From positions 11,656,001 through 11,720,000 of the forward strand of contig CP075497.1 of the NCBI GenBank assembly GCA_021613535.1: DNA of 64,000 bases. Direction: 5' to 3'. The position numbers and the translations under genes were made by a program. Source of the DNA: Adineta vaga (taxonomy: Eukaryota; Animalia; Rotifera). Numbering within the stretch: the first letter of the stretch is position 1; each line of letters begins with the position of its first letter. The notes beneath the pieces were generated by a model. It was not told the origin of the DNA, searched no databases, and saw only the letters and a program-made list of their open reading frames with translations. Below, piece by piece: positions 50,257 through 63,766 of this stretch.

Positions 50257-51361
50257 TATTAGTCGACGAGAAAGACAATAATGAAATAAAAAACACATTG
50301 AAAAATTCAGTGTAAAGTTTTCGGATTGTTCATCATGGAAACAATGTCAAATGAACTACTCTTGAATATAAGTAGAGAAGATATTCTGACGGATAGGAAA
50401 GATGAACTCAACGTAGGAATGAAATCTTTTTTTTCTCACAAGGAAAAAAGAATAATGTCAAGGCGAAAGAAAGAAATCTTTTTCTTGCTTATGAAAGATG
50501 GCACAAAATGATTCATCCGCTTAGAAACATCGAGGGATGGCTTTACATCTCTCAACACGAGCTTTTTCTTCCTTGGAATGCACTTTTTCTTCTGAAAAAG
50601 GTCGCTACTTCTCCGTCTAACAGAATAATTATCAGTAAGATTAATAAAGGCTTTTGTCAAACCAACAAAGATTTATATTAAATAGAATATTATGACTGAT
50701 AGCATGAAAAATTCCTTAGAAAACATGTAAAAAGAAATCGATATATTAACTATGATTGAGAATGAATGTATTCAGAGAACTGTCGAAGAAGATGAGTAAA
50801 AATAGGTTTTCTTCTATCATGTTTTAATCGAAACGATAATTAAGATAAATTTAATGTTACACATGAATTTCAACAAGACTATTATTAGTTTTCTTTTTCT
50901 TTTCCAATAAGGATCATCGCTATTATGAATGCTTAGAATGATATAGATAATTAATGATGCAAATAATAAAATAATAGAAATTGAAACTAAGAATACTGAC
51001 ACAATACTATGCGGTATAAGGTTTCATGGCATTAATTCTCATGTAGAAGATTCCAAAAGTTACTTTTCTTTCCAAGAAATTCATATGAAACGAGATGAAA
51101 AGCGCGAATCACAATGAATGTATAAAACATAGATTTACTTACCTCTCTTCCTCATCTAGTCAACGGATATACAAAATATTTGTTTTCTTTCTTATCTCAC
51201 TAGCGATCGATTTACTTTTTTCGTTATCTTTTGCAATAGATATCATAACTATTGTCTATTATTTCTAACTGGTGAATCTTTGACATCGATAATTCAATAC
51301 TGAACAATAACTTTGTTCTTTATTTATTCGAAATAAACAAATAGATAAACTGCGAGACTTG

Positions 51362-52426
51362 TCATACATGAATTATATATGGATGTTTTAATTTCGTTTT
51401 TAGTGATATTGGTGCGTATGGATCAAGAATAGTTTTCATATGTTTTGTAAAATTTGATTGATTTAATGTAGATTTTATTGCAATATCAATTTGATTATTG
51501 TATAATTTAACATTTTTTCGACAATAAGAAAAACACGAATGACCAAGAAAACCATATTCATAGGCAATTTTATCAGTGACAGGAATTTGAATTCCAAGTG
51601 ATCGAACTAATTCACGTTCAATATAAATAACATCCCAAAAATCAACTTCAACAAGTACATAATCAAATGAAAGAAGTAATTGTGAAAGTGCGGTTAAACT
51701 ACATCCATAGAATGGCCCATTAATCGTCCATAAAGATGGTTTCCAATCATTCTTTGTTGTCGAATTATAGATTGGTTTGAAAATAACAGGTGGTGGAAAA
51801 ACAGGATTGAATTCTGTATGAATTATTTGCGGTCGATAGCCAGCTTGAAGAATATTTTCAAGTACAGAACATTCATATGAATCAATATCTAATTTGAGAA
51901 CAGTGAATTGTTTTGAAATGTTATATTTTTGAAGAATATCTTGTACAATTGTTTCACTCCAGATAAAATCATGTGTAAGACGAATATTTGTTCGATTTGG
52001 ATATGCAGAAAAAAAGATCGGATTACGATTTGGATCAATTAGAAGTGCACCGAATGATGAATTAATAGTAGTAAGAATAGGATAAGTTGGATCATAACGA
52101 CCACCATTCCATGATGCAGCACCAATATTAAGAAGAAAAGGGACTATGGGAGAAATATGTTGAACAAGATCAATAAGTTGCCATGCATCAGATGAAAGTT
52201 TATCAGTCGGACATGGACCACAAAAACCATGATCACGATTAACATATAACGGTCTTTTAATTCTTTGTTCTGGTGTATACCAAACTCGAACTGGTGTCCA
52301 AATTAGAGCAATTCGTTTTTGTTGAAAAATAAAATATCCGAAAAAGATGACTGCTATAAGAATACATCCATATCCGAGGACTTTTTGACAAGTACGTATC
52401 GGTCGTTGTTCGTAAAATAAATACAT
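51362..52426 (-). CDS. FkbM-like SAM-dependent methyltransferase with a type II membrane anchor (intronless)
   Basis: TM segment at about residues 17-34; LLNIGAA, GALLID, VLKLDIDSYE, YRPQIIHTEFNPVFPPP and YGCSLTAL. Confidence 0.65.
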   Translation of the reverse strand: MYLFYEQRPIRTCQKVLGYGCILIAVIFFGYFIFQQKRIALIWTPVRVWYTPEQRIKRPLYVNRDHGFCGPCPTDKLSSDAWQLIDLVQHISPIVPFLLNIGAASWNGGRYDPTYPILTTINSSFGALLIDPNRNPIFFSAYPNRTNIRLTHDFIWSETIVQDILQKYNISKQFTVLKLDIDSYECSVLENILQAGYRPQIIHTEFNPVFPPPVIFKPIYNSTTKNDWKPSLWTINGPFYGCSLTALSQLLLSFDYVLVEVDFWDVIYIERELVRSLGIQIPVTDKIAYEYGFLGHSCFSYCRKNVKLYNNQIDIAIKSTLNQSNFTKHMKTILDPYAPISLKTKLKHPYIIHV

Positions 52427-53457
52427 GTTGTCCTCAATGAATATAGTACGACTTTAACTGTCAATTATTTTTGCATATTTACGTATATTATCGATTCTGT
52501 AGAAAAAAAAAAGATTAAAGATCAGGACTTCATAGTTACATTACAGTACAGGAGAGAAAGAGAATTGAGGGTAATACCAGAATGAAAGAAAATTCTGATT
52601 GATCTAAAATGTCGTTATATGGTGAAAGGTGCTTTTTTTAAATATGGAATCTTGCGTTCTTCGATTCAAGATGATTTTTGCATAAGTTGAGTTTTTAATC
52701 AACTGGTTCGAGACGAAGAAGAAGAAAATAGAAGACATACTACTTTTTCTCCAATGTATTTGATAATTCGAATCATCTCTGTAATATACATTTATATGTC
52801 TATGATCGAATTAAGTATAATATATGTATTAGCTACGTTGATAAAGATTCGATAAAGTTGTCACGAAAAACAGCGTCATTCGTAACAACATATAGTAGAA
52901 TATTCTGCTACTACTTCTAAATATCGAAGACAAGTTTTTAATAAATGATCTAAAGTATTATGATCGTACAAAACCTAAATTCTAATCATATATTCAGAAG
53001 AATATTTGCTAGGTGAATTCAATCAATTGATATCAAGAATACAAAAGTCAGACGAAATACATTTATTCGATTAGTAATCAAAATAATAAAACAGTTTGAA
53101 TAACTCTCTTTTATTAGAAATCAAAGCTTCTAGAAGAAATCCGATAGTACGCGTAACATAAACTTGGTAAACTAGCAAGTCGATTTTTCCATCAAACATC
53201 TACATCAAATATCCGGTAATCTCCAACAACAAAAAAACTTCTACCATAAGCCATATACTTTTGCAATATAAAAAAAATAAACTATAAATACTGCCGAGAG
53301 AGGAAAGAATGAAGTTGATAAAGATTATAAATAATGGATTCTTCCAAGTAACAAAATACACCTGTTTAAAAATTTCTTTTTTCGTTATAGACTGTATAAA
53401 TAGCGAATTCAACATCATCGAATTTCAGCTAGAAGTACAAGCGAATAAAATACTACA

Positions 53458-54365
53458 ATGTTGTCACGTTTATTTGGACATCAAAAATCAATAATTCGAT
53501 CATACTCATCTGCAACGGATAAATCTTCAAATAATAAGGAATTCACCGATTATTCATCTGCTATTAAACTAGAAGAATCTAGTAAAATAATCAGAATATT
53601 TCTTTCCTATGAATTTTCTGTTTTATTTTAGCAATTCGTTTACAAAATGCTCAACGAAAATGCTTCACTGAATTTATTACAATTCTATCAAATTCGTCAA
53701 TAGAATTGGAAAAATGGAAACAAAAATGGCATCAATTCTATGAAAAACATCAATATGATGAAGAAATTCTTGAGAATCTTTGGGAACTTTTTGATGCTTG
53801 TATTCTATCAATGGATATTCGAGTCGAAGAAACCAATCTATCAATGCAAGAATTAATCGATGTTCGAGATTCTATACCTACATCACACAAAAATCAATCA
53901 TTAAAATCTAAAATTAATCAAGCACAAGTAGATGTTAATGAACTTGATAAAGAATTAAATCATTTGAAGGAAAATGAACTTAAACTTAGAAGAAAAATAC
54001 AATCTTCAAGTAATATAACGATCCCAAAAGATCTCGATCGACAACGAACTAAACTTCAAAAACAAATAACGAAGAAACAAAAATTATTAAATGAAGCAAT
54101 AGTAAAATTTGATAGAAAACAAATCAAACTTTATGAACAAAGTCAAAAGAATGAATTAACACGATGTGCTTTACTCAAAGAAAAACTTGAGGAATTTGTT
54201 GATATATTACATATTGAATCCGATGATTTTAATCAAATATTTAACGATTTTAATCCGGAAGAAGAACTCGAACAATGGCGACAAAATACTTATCCTCAAG
54301 ATATGGAACAAACGAGTGATTCGCAAAAGATTCTCAAAGAAGAAGAAACTGGTATACCTGTTTAA
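53458..54365 (+). CDS. PACSIN-like F-BAR coiled-coil protein without SH3
   Basis: Two exons. LEKWKQKWHQFYEK, EQSQKNELTRCALLKE and NPEEELEQWRQN resemble PACSIN F-BAR helices. Confidence 0.55.
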
Positions 54366-55243
54366 CAAACAAATGGCTATATTCTTAATAAAGATATCAT
54401 TGTAAATGATAAAAAGACTCGATTTTTCTAATGCAAGAATAAAATATGAACATGTACGCAGACTCGATTTTCCTCTAACTTCAAATTTATATTAGGTGGA
54501 ATTGAGTATTTTTCTTTTCTTTTTCGAGATTTCGTTTTATAATTCAACGAAAAATTCTAGCATTTGAAATATCGATTGGTGACGATACGATGAGTATGAA
54601 CAAAACGAAATAATTTCTCACATCTTTTTTTGTGCTAATAACCAATTCAACATATCCATAATTTCAATTCTCTACATTTTCGGTATGCAGCTGTTGCTAT
54701 ATATTCGTATCTGAACCCAGCCGGGTTAAAAAAAACGTGGACCCGCACTTCCTTAACGAACAAACAATACGTTTTATCAAAAGAAAAAATGAAATTAAAA
54801 CGTTCGATAAGTATTTCTCGATAAAACCAAACAGAAATTCATTTCTTCTAACCAATCTATTATCGAAAATCAAGAAAACTCATTAGATATCCTTGACATT
54901 TAATATTCTTTATCTATAACTAAACAAAATCCATCAATAATATCGATGAAACTATATTCTTGACAAGCTAATCAACATCTATCATCAATTCATTTAACAA
55001 ACATTTCTAATTAATTATTTATTTTCCAAGAAAAAAAAGATAAATATATATATTTATATCCCATCACTCTTTCACATATACAATTCACATAAATAATCTA
55101 TCTGACTTTTTTTGATGGCAAAAGAAAAACGAATACAATTTGTATCAATCAATTCATCCATAAGAATAAGAAAAAAGAAAACTAAACGAGAAATAATATT
55201 TATAAGAAGAGAAAAAAAAACGTTTTGTTCTATATAAAACAGT

Positions 55244-55753
55244 TTACATTCGTTTGGAAAGAATGGAAAGTGCATGAGCATCGATACGAGCTTGTTCTTC
55301 ACGTAAGTGATTTAATGCTTGATCAATGAAACGATGATCTTTCTTTCCTAATTGACTTTTTCGTTTAGATTTATTTTCCTTTGTTCGATAAGTCGATGTT
55401 CCATTCAATCGTTTTCGACCTTGATCTAAATAGATTCTCATTTCATAAACAATAACAAAAAAGTCGTCTGAACAAACTTTGACTAGTTTTAGACAATGAA
55501 CTCGTATTATCTTCAAAGACATCATCATCAAACATTGAATCATCTTCAAATAATGATTCTATGAAAAAAGAAAATCTTGAATAAATTAAGATTTATAAAA
55601 ATGATTAATTCTACCTGATGATGTCGATGTTGAATGAGATTGATTATCTTTTAATTCTCCAATATCAAAATTTAAATCAATAGCTGAATCATTTTTTAAA
55701 CGTTTATTTTCATTTGTTAAATCATTTAAAGTTCGTTTAGTATTTGTTGACAT
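55244..55753 (-). CDS. Small charged protein, unknown (3 exons)
   Basis: MSTNTKRTLNDL...|ESLFEDDSMFDDDVFED...|NQGRKRL...IDAHALSILSKRM* join in frame through two short introns. Confidence 0.6.
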
Positions 55754-56103
55754 CTGAAATTTAATAAAAAGATTACACATCTAGACAAGAAGAAATACTC
55801 CCCAGAATTATATTGACAAAGAGAGAGAGAGAGAGATAAACAAACAAATGACGAACGAAAAAGAAAACGACTAGTTCCAATAGAATATCAACAGGTATAG
55901 AGAAAGATTCACTAGAAATAAAACGACTAAAATATAGAAGAAAAGAAAGAACGAAAGAAATGATTATGACTAATTCTCATGCCAATTGCATTATTCACGC
56001 GGCTTGTTTTGTTTAACTTTTTATGCGTAGTTTCCTTTTGCTTGTATCTGATGTAATACAAAAGAAAGAACGAAGTTGTTTTTTTTTGTATGAATTTAAT
56101 TGA

Positions 56104-59100
56104 TTAAACGTTTAAAAAGTTTTTATTTGGAAATGTTAATGTTAAAGATGATGAAGCTAAAAATGAAATAAATCTTTTCTTTTTTCAAATCAAAAACAAT
56201 TTTACCTGCAGATGGTTCAGCAAGAAAACCATTTTCTTTTGCATACTGTTCCCATTTATCATCGTCTTCGGCAATCGTTAACCAACGTTCACGACCACTT
56301 GAATCTTCAAGTTTACGTAAATCACAATATAATTGATAGTCCTGTAGAGAAACATTATCGTTAGTTTCTTCAAGAAAAGGAAATAAAACACTTCATGCAC
56401 ACACCTCGAAAAAAGCTTGTTTGAGTGCACTAGCTGCAGCTAGTCGATGTCCAGCATTAACTTGAAGCAAATGATGTGCAATCAGATCAATTGCTAAAAG
56501 AATTCGTTAATTATCATGCAAGAAAATCAAAACAATCTTTTACATGCATTATCAAATCGAATCTCATGCAAAGTCAAATCATATATTTCGAGAAAAGAAA
56601 AAAAGAATCTCAACCTGAAGCCATGGTTGAAGAAAAACTTTATTAATCAATAATCTCCTTCGATTATCCAATGTTAATAAACTTTGTAAAAAACTTAATG
56701 CTATGAAAATGTAAAAGATTCGATGTTCGATCTCAATAGAAGAACACATACCTTCATTTGATATATCTCTCCATGGAGTTGTTGGAAACATAAAATTTGC
56801 ATTACGAATTTGCTGAAAATTACAAAGAAAGATGAAACAATGAACAAAATTTGAAATATTTTCTTACATCTTCAATTTCTTCGTCTTCATTAAATGGAAA
56901 TGTACCACTTAATCTAAATGTATGAGAATAGATTTAGTTCCAGAAATTGAATTCTACTTACGAAACATAGATGATTACGCCACAAGACCACATATCTAAT
57001 GATCGATTATATCCTTTTTCCAATCGAATTTCAGGTTTCAATGCTTCTGGAGCTGGAAATAAGAGAAGACAAAAATATATTTAGAATCTAGTTCTAAACA
57101 ACAAGCCAATGTACCCGTGTAACTTAAAGAACATATTAAGGATTACAGAAACATTTCTTTTTTCTAAATACGCCCCCATGAGTACCATCGATTGAAAAGA
57201 AAGTACATATTTAATATTTATATCAGTATGAATTTCCACTAAAAATACTACTCTTCTATTCTTTTCATAGATTTTCTATAGAAGTAATGTAAGACTATTG
57301 TGTTAACACACTTTCATCTCGAATTTATTTCATCATTGTTATCAAAGAAACCGTCTAACACGCAATTATGCATACTTTTGTAGTTATTTCTCAGATTCAA
57401 TGAAGACGTGCAAAATATGATTTTCTATTTCAAATTGAGAAATTTAGTTTCTGATAACTTTCATCTTACTCTCAACGAACAGATGATTAATTTTCTCTAG
57501 ATTCATTTCAGCTTATGTATCGTCAACTTTTTTTCCGAGTAAATGATGATTAAAATAATCTCTTAGTCTAAAAGAGAAACTTTCCATACGTAAATAAGCA
57601 GGCGTGCCAACAATGGATCGTCGAAATGATTTTTCTCCAATAATTCTCGCAAAACCGAAATCACATAGTTTTGTTTGTGGAAAATCTTGTGCTTGTGCCA
57701 AAAGAACTATTCAAACAGCAAAAACAAACGGAACTTCAGCAATGAAATTAAATTCAAACAAACCATTTTCAGGTTTTAAATCACAATGTACAATTGATTT
57801 ACTATGTAAATATCTTAATGCTACAAGAACCTAGACAAGAATCAAAGATTTTCAATCAATCAAATCATTGTTTCTTTCTTTACTTGATAGATTAAAAACT
57901 TTGTTTGTCGTTCATTCAAACGTTTTGTTGGTTGCGATAAAATCATTTCCAACATATCTGAATGTAATTTTTCCATAACAAGATAAAACTAAATAAAATA
58001 TAAAAGAGATTCATCGATTTCATGTTTTTCTTCTTCTCTTACTTTCCCTGGTGTATCGAACATTGCATGTAATTTAATCACACCAGGGTGTGAAGCTTCT
58101 TGTAAAATATCAACTTCTCGATGAATTTTTTCTTCCTGTTCACTAAACCGCGCTTTATCAATAACTTTAATGGCTACTTGTTCTCGTGTTTCTAACGAAT
58201 GACCACCATAAACTGTTCCGAATTGTCCACTACCAAGAACTTCAATGGGATTTATTTTATATAATTCATTAATATCACGATTTTGTGATCGAGATGAAAC
58301 AATTGTAAACACATTTTTTACTTCATTTCCACTATTATTATATGCTAAAAGTGCTTGTCGAATTTGTGTATAAGCATTTCGAGCATGTTGCGATGAATGT
58401 GTTAAATCATATTGCTTCGAAGAAAAAGATCATCAATTTTTTTTTGGATTAAGAAAACAAAGTGAAACTTTACTCGATTTCTTGTTCGTTTACATCCACA
58501 ATAAAAAATAAGTTGTTCCGTTCGAATTTCAAAATAATGCTCTTTATCATCATTAGTATTCAATTGTAATAAGACGTGTTCCAAAGCAATTTCACGAGAA
58601 AATTTATTAGTTGTTTCGTTTTGATACATTGTGATATATCTAATAAGAAAATAAAAGAAAATTCGTCATTGATTTTTATGAACATACGAAGCATCAACAC
58701 GCCAATAATGACGTTTTTCTGTTAATGGATCTTTCTCGGTTATATGAATCATCCATCCTTCCCAAAAAAGAGCACCACCATCAGCTTTCTTTATACGTTT
58801 AATACTTTGAATAAGACGTTGTGCACGAATATTTGCATGATGAACATTTTCACCATCCTCATCTTCATCTGGAGGACAATTGATTGGTGATGAAGAAAAA
58901 TCTCGTAAATGATTGCCAACTGTTAAATCATCACTGGTTTCACGAGATGATTCATCATCATCTATACAAAACTCAACAATGCATATAATTCATTTTTCTA
59001 TTATATTTTATTTTTACCTTGATTACTGTTCTGCATCGTCATTCCTCGACAATTTTTTGTTACATTTGGTATACATTTTTTATGTACACTCATTTTACAA

Positions 59101-61782
59101 TCTAAATTCAACGATTTTTAAACAAAAATTTAGTTGATTTTCATCAAATACCTTTACACCGGTAACCTTGTTTAACAAGACCTTTTAATAAACGTCTACA
59201 AATATAACATTTCGTTGGAGCACGATAACTATGAACGTAAAAGCAATGTGGCAATGCAGTAGGTAATTCGGCACCGGTTAATGTCAAACGTTTTTTAATA
59301 TCGCCAGAAATCTATAATGAAAATGATATTCTCTTGGAAGAATCAAACGTCAATTCAGTCAATTTTCATTCGGATAGATATTTGATTAATTATCTTATGT
59401 AAAACAGATGATCATGCTCATTTGTTTAGTATTCTATTCAATTCCCTGAGAAGCAAATACAAAAATGAATCATATTTACATCATCATCATGTGAGCATGC
59501 CACATCGGATATTTTTCTTGCCATCGGCGAACAATTATCAGGCAAATCGGATACACATCTTTTATGAAAATTTCGAGCGCATCCTATGAAAAGACAATGG
59601 ATTTATTTCAAAATAAAGAAAGAACTTTTACCTTCACATTTCATTCCTTGTTTATAAAGACCAAATAGAAATTGACCACATAGATCACAAAATGTTGGTG
59701 ATAAATATGTATGTAAACTGAGAACATGTGGAACGAGACGAGTGCATTCGCTCATGATGTACGCTAGAAGAAAATAAACGGGAAAAATGAACTGATTAGT
59801 TGATGTTTCTAAAGAATGAGAATCGGAGTTATAGATCGATTGATTAATCAACTTTGACGAGAAGAAAAAAAAGACAAATCGAAAACATCATATTCTCTTT
59901 TTTTTATCTTTTAATTTGCACCTAATGAATAAATAAATATTAGTTTGAAATAACAATAGAAAGAAAGAGAGAAAAAAAGGGGGGAGAGAGAGAGGAACTC
60001 CAAAGGAAATAGATATGTGTGAAGTTTCCTCTATATAATTTATGGATATATTTCAACGAATATGAAGATGTTCATCGGCCGTATAATTAAATTGATTATA
60101 CAAGCGGATAACATACTAATAAGAAAGAAGAATATTCATTTTTTTTTATAGAATTTCGTTAAATCAATGACTGAAGATAAAAATACTTTCTTTATCTGGT
60201 TTTTAGTAATAAACTTATCAAATAGTTGATCTGTATTCTAGAGAAGAAAAGATCCGTTTATATTTCTTATTTTTTCCTTCTTTGCTCGACTATTTGTTGA
60301 TAGTCGATACAACAAGCGATACCGGACGAAAAAGATAGTTACAGAAATGCCACCATACACAAATACAAATTCTCCTTTTGTCTACTAGCCCTTTTTTTGG
60401 TTCTTCTTTGTGACGAATACTCGACAAACACGTGTTATCTTTGTCGTAGTCAACAGAAGTAAAATTGGCATGTGTAAGACGAGCAAACGTGCGATAAGCA
60501 TCCGTTATTGTTGTCAGTTGAAATAGGACAAAAAGAAAAATACTATAAATCAAGGTTGATCACACATTGAGATCATTAACAAATATATACTGAATAAGTC
60601 AATAGAAACTCACAAGAGAAACGATATTATTACCTGGATCTAAATATATTTATATGAAGAAAAAGAAGAAAAACGGAAATGCTTGCCTTTCTTCAAACCG
60701 ACATAGAACGCAATTACAAGCACTCTTTATACATCATATATATTAGCAAATGCATGCTTTTGATTAAAAAAAACCCGAAGAAAATGAAGACATACCAAGC
60801 AAAGTTATACGAGACTATGGGAGAGAATAAAGAAAAGAAAATGATGATAATGAAAAATAAGGCGAGCACATATAAAAGCGAAATTCTATGTAAACATGAA
60901 AAAAGAAATGATAAATAGAACTCGAAATATGATCAGTTATGCACGTAATACTAGTTGCTCTCAATTAGAAGAGAAAACGCGTCAAATAATCTTGTCGACA
61001 AAGATGGATTTCGGATGACGGGAGGTCCACTATTTTTCTGTTGCTTATTGTTATACATTCACTATACATTCTTCAACACGCACATCCGATTGTCTGTATA
61101 CATTCATAAGCATGAATCTAAATATGTTGAGATAAAAAGGCATATTAGCTCTTTAAGAGAGCACAAACGTTCTGCTGACATTTAGAAAAGAATCGAGAAA
61201 AATTAGCTTGATTATTTTATTTATTAATTGAAGAAAAACATTCAATGAAAATATTATATCAACAGAAGACTTCAAGGTATTTAGAATTGCCTTTAGAAGA
61301 AGAAAAAAAGAAGGAAAAGTCTTTTTCTTCTTCTTTGCTCAGAATCCATTAAATTCATTACTTTACTGCTTTTCTTTTCATTAATAACTTACGTGATATA
61401 ATGACTTCAACAATTGTATCTGGAATAAGAATATCTTTCGGTTTAAGTGGTATGATCATTGAATATGATGATGGTTCGTATCGAAATAATAATATTCGAT
61501 TTTGTAATGATTTGATATTTTGATCAGGACACTGAATTTCAAAAGAAAACATCGAATTATCTTATTTTCAAATACGTTTTTTTTCAAACAAACCATTGTT
61601 TCAATGAATCGTACTGCAACTTCTCGTAATGTATTCATAGTTAAATTAAATGGACTCATAGTAATGTTCACCTTTTGATGATAGATACCAAATTTAATTT
61701 CAAATGTATAATTTTTATTTCGAATATCTGTTGACGACATGCCATGGAAACAGGAATTAGTTCCACTAGTTAAACGAACCAT
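56104..61782 (-). CDS. PRKD: Serine/threonine protein kinase D
   Basis: N-terminal ULD, two C1 domains ([19 protein letters not shown]; [15 protein letters not shown]) and a PH domain (WEGWMIH, KRHYWR). Kinase motifs: [49 protein letters not shown]. Confidence 0.96.
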
Positions 61783-62417
61783 AGACTAACTCTTGTTTTT
61801 TATTTGTTTACATTTTCGATTGAAGAAAATGTTTATTATTTCGAATAAATATTTTCCCGAAACGAAATTATTCTTAACATTTACGATGTTTTTACAATAG
61901 AAAAATCGTTTCTACAAACAAAATTAATTGTTTGATTTGTTTTGTTTTCAACTAGCGACATCTTAATTAACCAATCCATATCGATTTTTCAAGATTTATA
62001 AGAACAGGAAATATTTTCTTTTGTTTGATTACTTTTTTCCAAGTACTTCAATTGAAATAAGAATAAAATGCTCATAAATAAAGAGCTTTATTAGACTTAC
62101 TCATGCGAAAGTACTTTTTTAAATCATAACAAAAAAAACAAAATAAATCTTTTAAAAATATTACAATCAATTTATTTTTAATCTAATCGATACTATTAAA
62201 GAATTCGAAGTACATGAAATTATCTTAATCAGTTTATATTATCACGAATAATTCGTGTGATCAAACACTTTGTTGTTTTTTTGAAAGGTACATTCTAATT
62301 TTGAAGATTTGTTCTTTGCTTTTTATTATATGAGAAAAGAAAAGAACATAATTCATTTCGACGAATTAACACAGATACTAATAATCGCATACGGAAATAA
62401 ATAATTTTCTTTGACTT

Positions 62418-63766
62418 CTATTCAACACCATGTGCAAATATCATGACAATACCAGGTTCTGTAACTAAAAAATTCAAATCAAAATTTTCTCTACATCAAA
62501 TAGTTTTCGATCTTCATACTCATCAATTGATCCATATGTCGATTATCACAACCAAGTACAACTACTGCTTGTTTACCTATAATACGTCGACAAACATAAC
62601 TTTCATAATGTCGTCTATTCAACTGTCGGAGTTTCTAAAAGAAATCAATTCATTTGTTTTTTTTTCAATAAACTATTGATTTCAACGTACCAAGTGTGGA
62701 TAAACCTTGTGGCCAATGTCGTTCATGTGCATTTTCCATAAGATCATTGGTTATATTTATTGGACAACCACTTTCTAATAGAGCACGTTTAATAACTGCT
62801 TGTAAAACACCATCAGGAGTTGAAATCATTCCACCCCAACGTGTCACCCGTGCCAATTGTAAACTAATCGACCATCTAAATGAATTCCAAATCATATCAT
62901 CAATAAATATCTCATTTAATTTTACCTTAAAATTTCATCATTTTCTACTCGTTCAAAGACTCGAGATATCGTTGGATTATTCATACGAAGAACACGAATG
63001 AATTCCTATGAATAAAAACACAAAAAAACAAATTCCTCGATTAGTCATTTAGAAAATTTTTACTTGAAGTGTTCGAACTTCTCCTTTATACAAATCCATA
63101 TCCGTTCGATATCTTTGTAATTCATTTTTAACATTATCAAGTTCATTTCTCAATGATTGAATACAATTATGAGTCTATTTGATTCGAAAATAATATTTAA
63201 AAAACAAGAAATATATCGAAAGAATATTCTTACAGTAGCATTATCTTTTGATATCATCATTCCACATCCATTTTCACATTCAATTAATTTCTTTGGATTA
63301 AACTCACATTCAGCTAAATGATTTGCAAGTGCATCTAATTTAACTATTGCTGTACATCCTTCATTTTCACATGTAATATTCAATCTAGTTAAATAAATAC
63401 AATGGATGAAATTAAATCAAGAATTCAAACTTACCGACTAAGTAAGTTTTTTAAGATTCGTGGAACGGGTTTTAATTGATCTGATTCCATTGGTGTTCGA
63501 TCGATCGGACATGTTTGAACACGTGAAAGCCATTCATTAATACAAATCTAATAGAATTTAAAATGAAAAAAATGAAGTTATTTTGTGATATTTACTTGAC
63601 AAAAAGCATGTTCACATGTTGGAGCATGAAGAGGATCTTGAAGAACACCACCACAAATCGCACCTAAGAAAAAATTCTTTCAACGAAATCTTTTTTTTTA
63701 AATCATAGACATACAAGTTAGTTCTTCATCTACACCATTAGGAAAACGTTGAATATCAAAACCCAT
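62418..63766 (-). CDS. RNF41: E3 ubiquitin ligase NRDP1
   Basis: MGFDIQRF, RING CAICGGVLQDP...CEHAFC...CPIDR, ARVTRWGGMISTPD, GKQAVVV and EPGIVMIFAHGVE. There is an apparent 1-nt frameshift near 62630. Confidence 0.93.

Noticed and set aside
54712-54755. GC-rich aacccagccgggtt...gacccgcacttcct, a possible MITE/hAT end
   Set aside because: No partner inverted repeat or target-site duplication found in the window.
55244-55340. C-terminal LREEQARIDAHALSI as a possible Sororin-like motif
   Set aside because: Lacks the conserved Phe residues; similarity too weak to call.
60290-60553. Signal-peptide-like ORF with KRR inside the large PKD intron
   Set aside because: Starts at TTG rather than ATG, has no recognisable motif, and AT-rich sequence mimics hydrophobic leaders.
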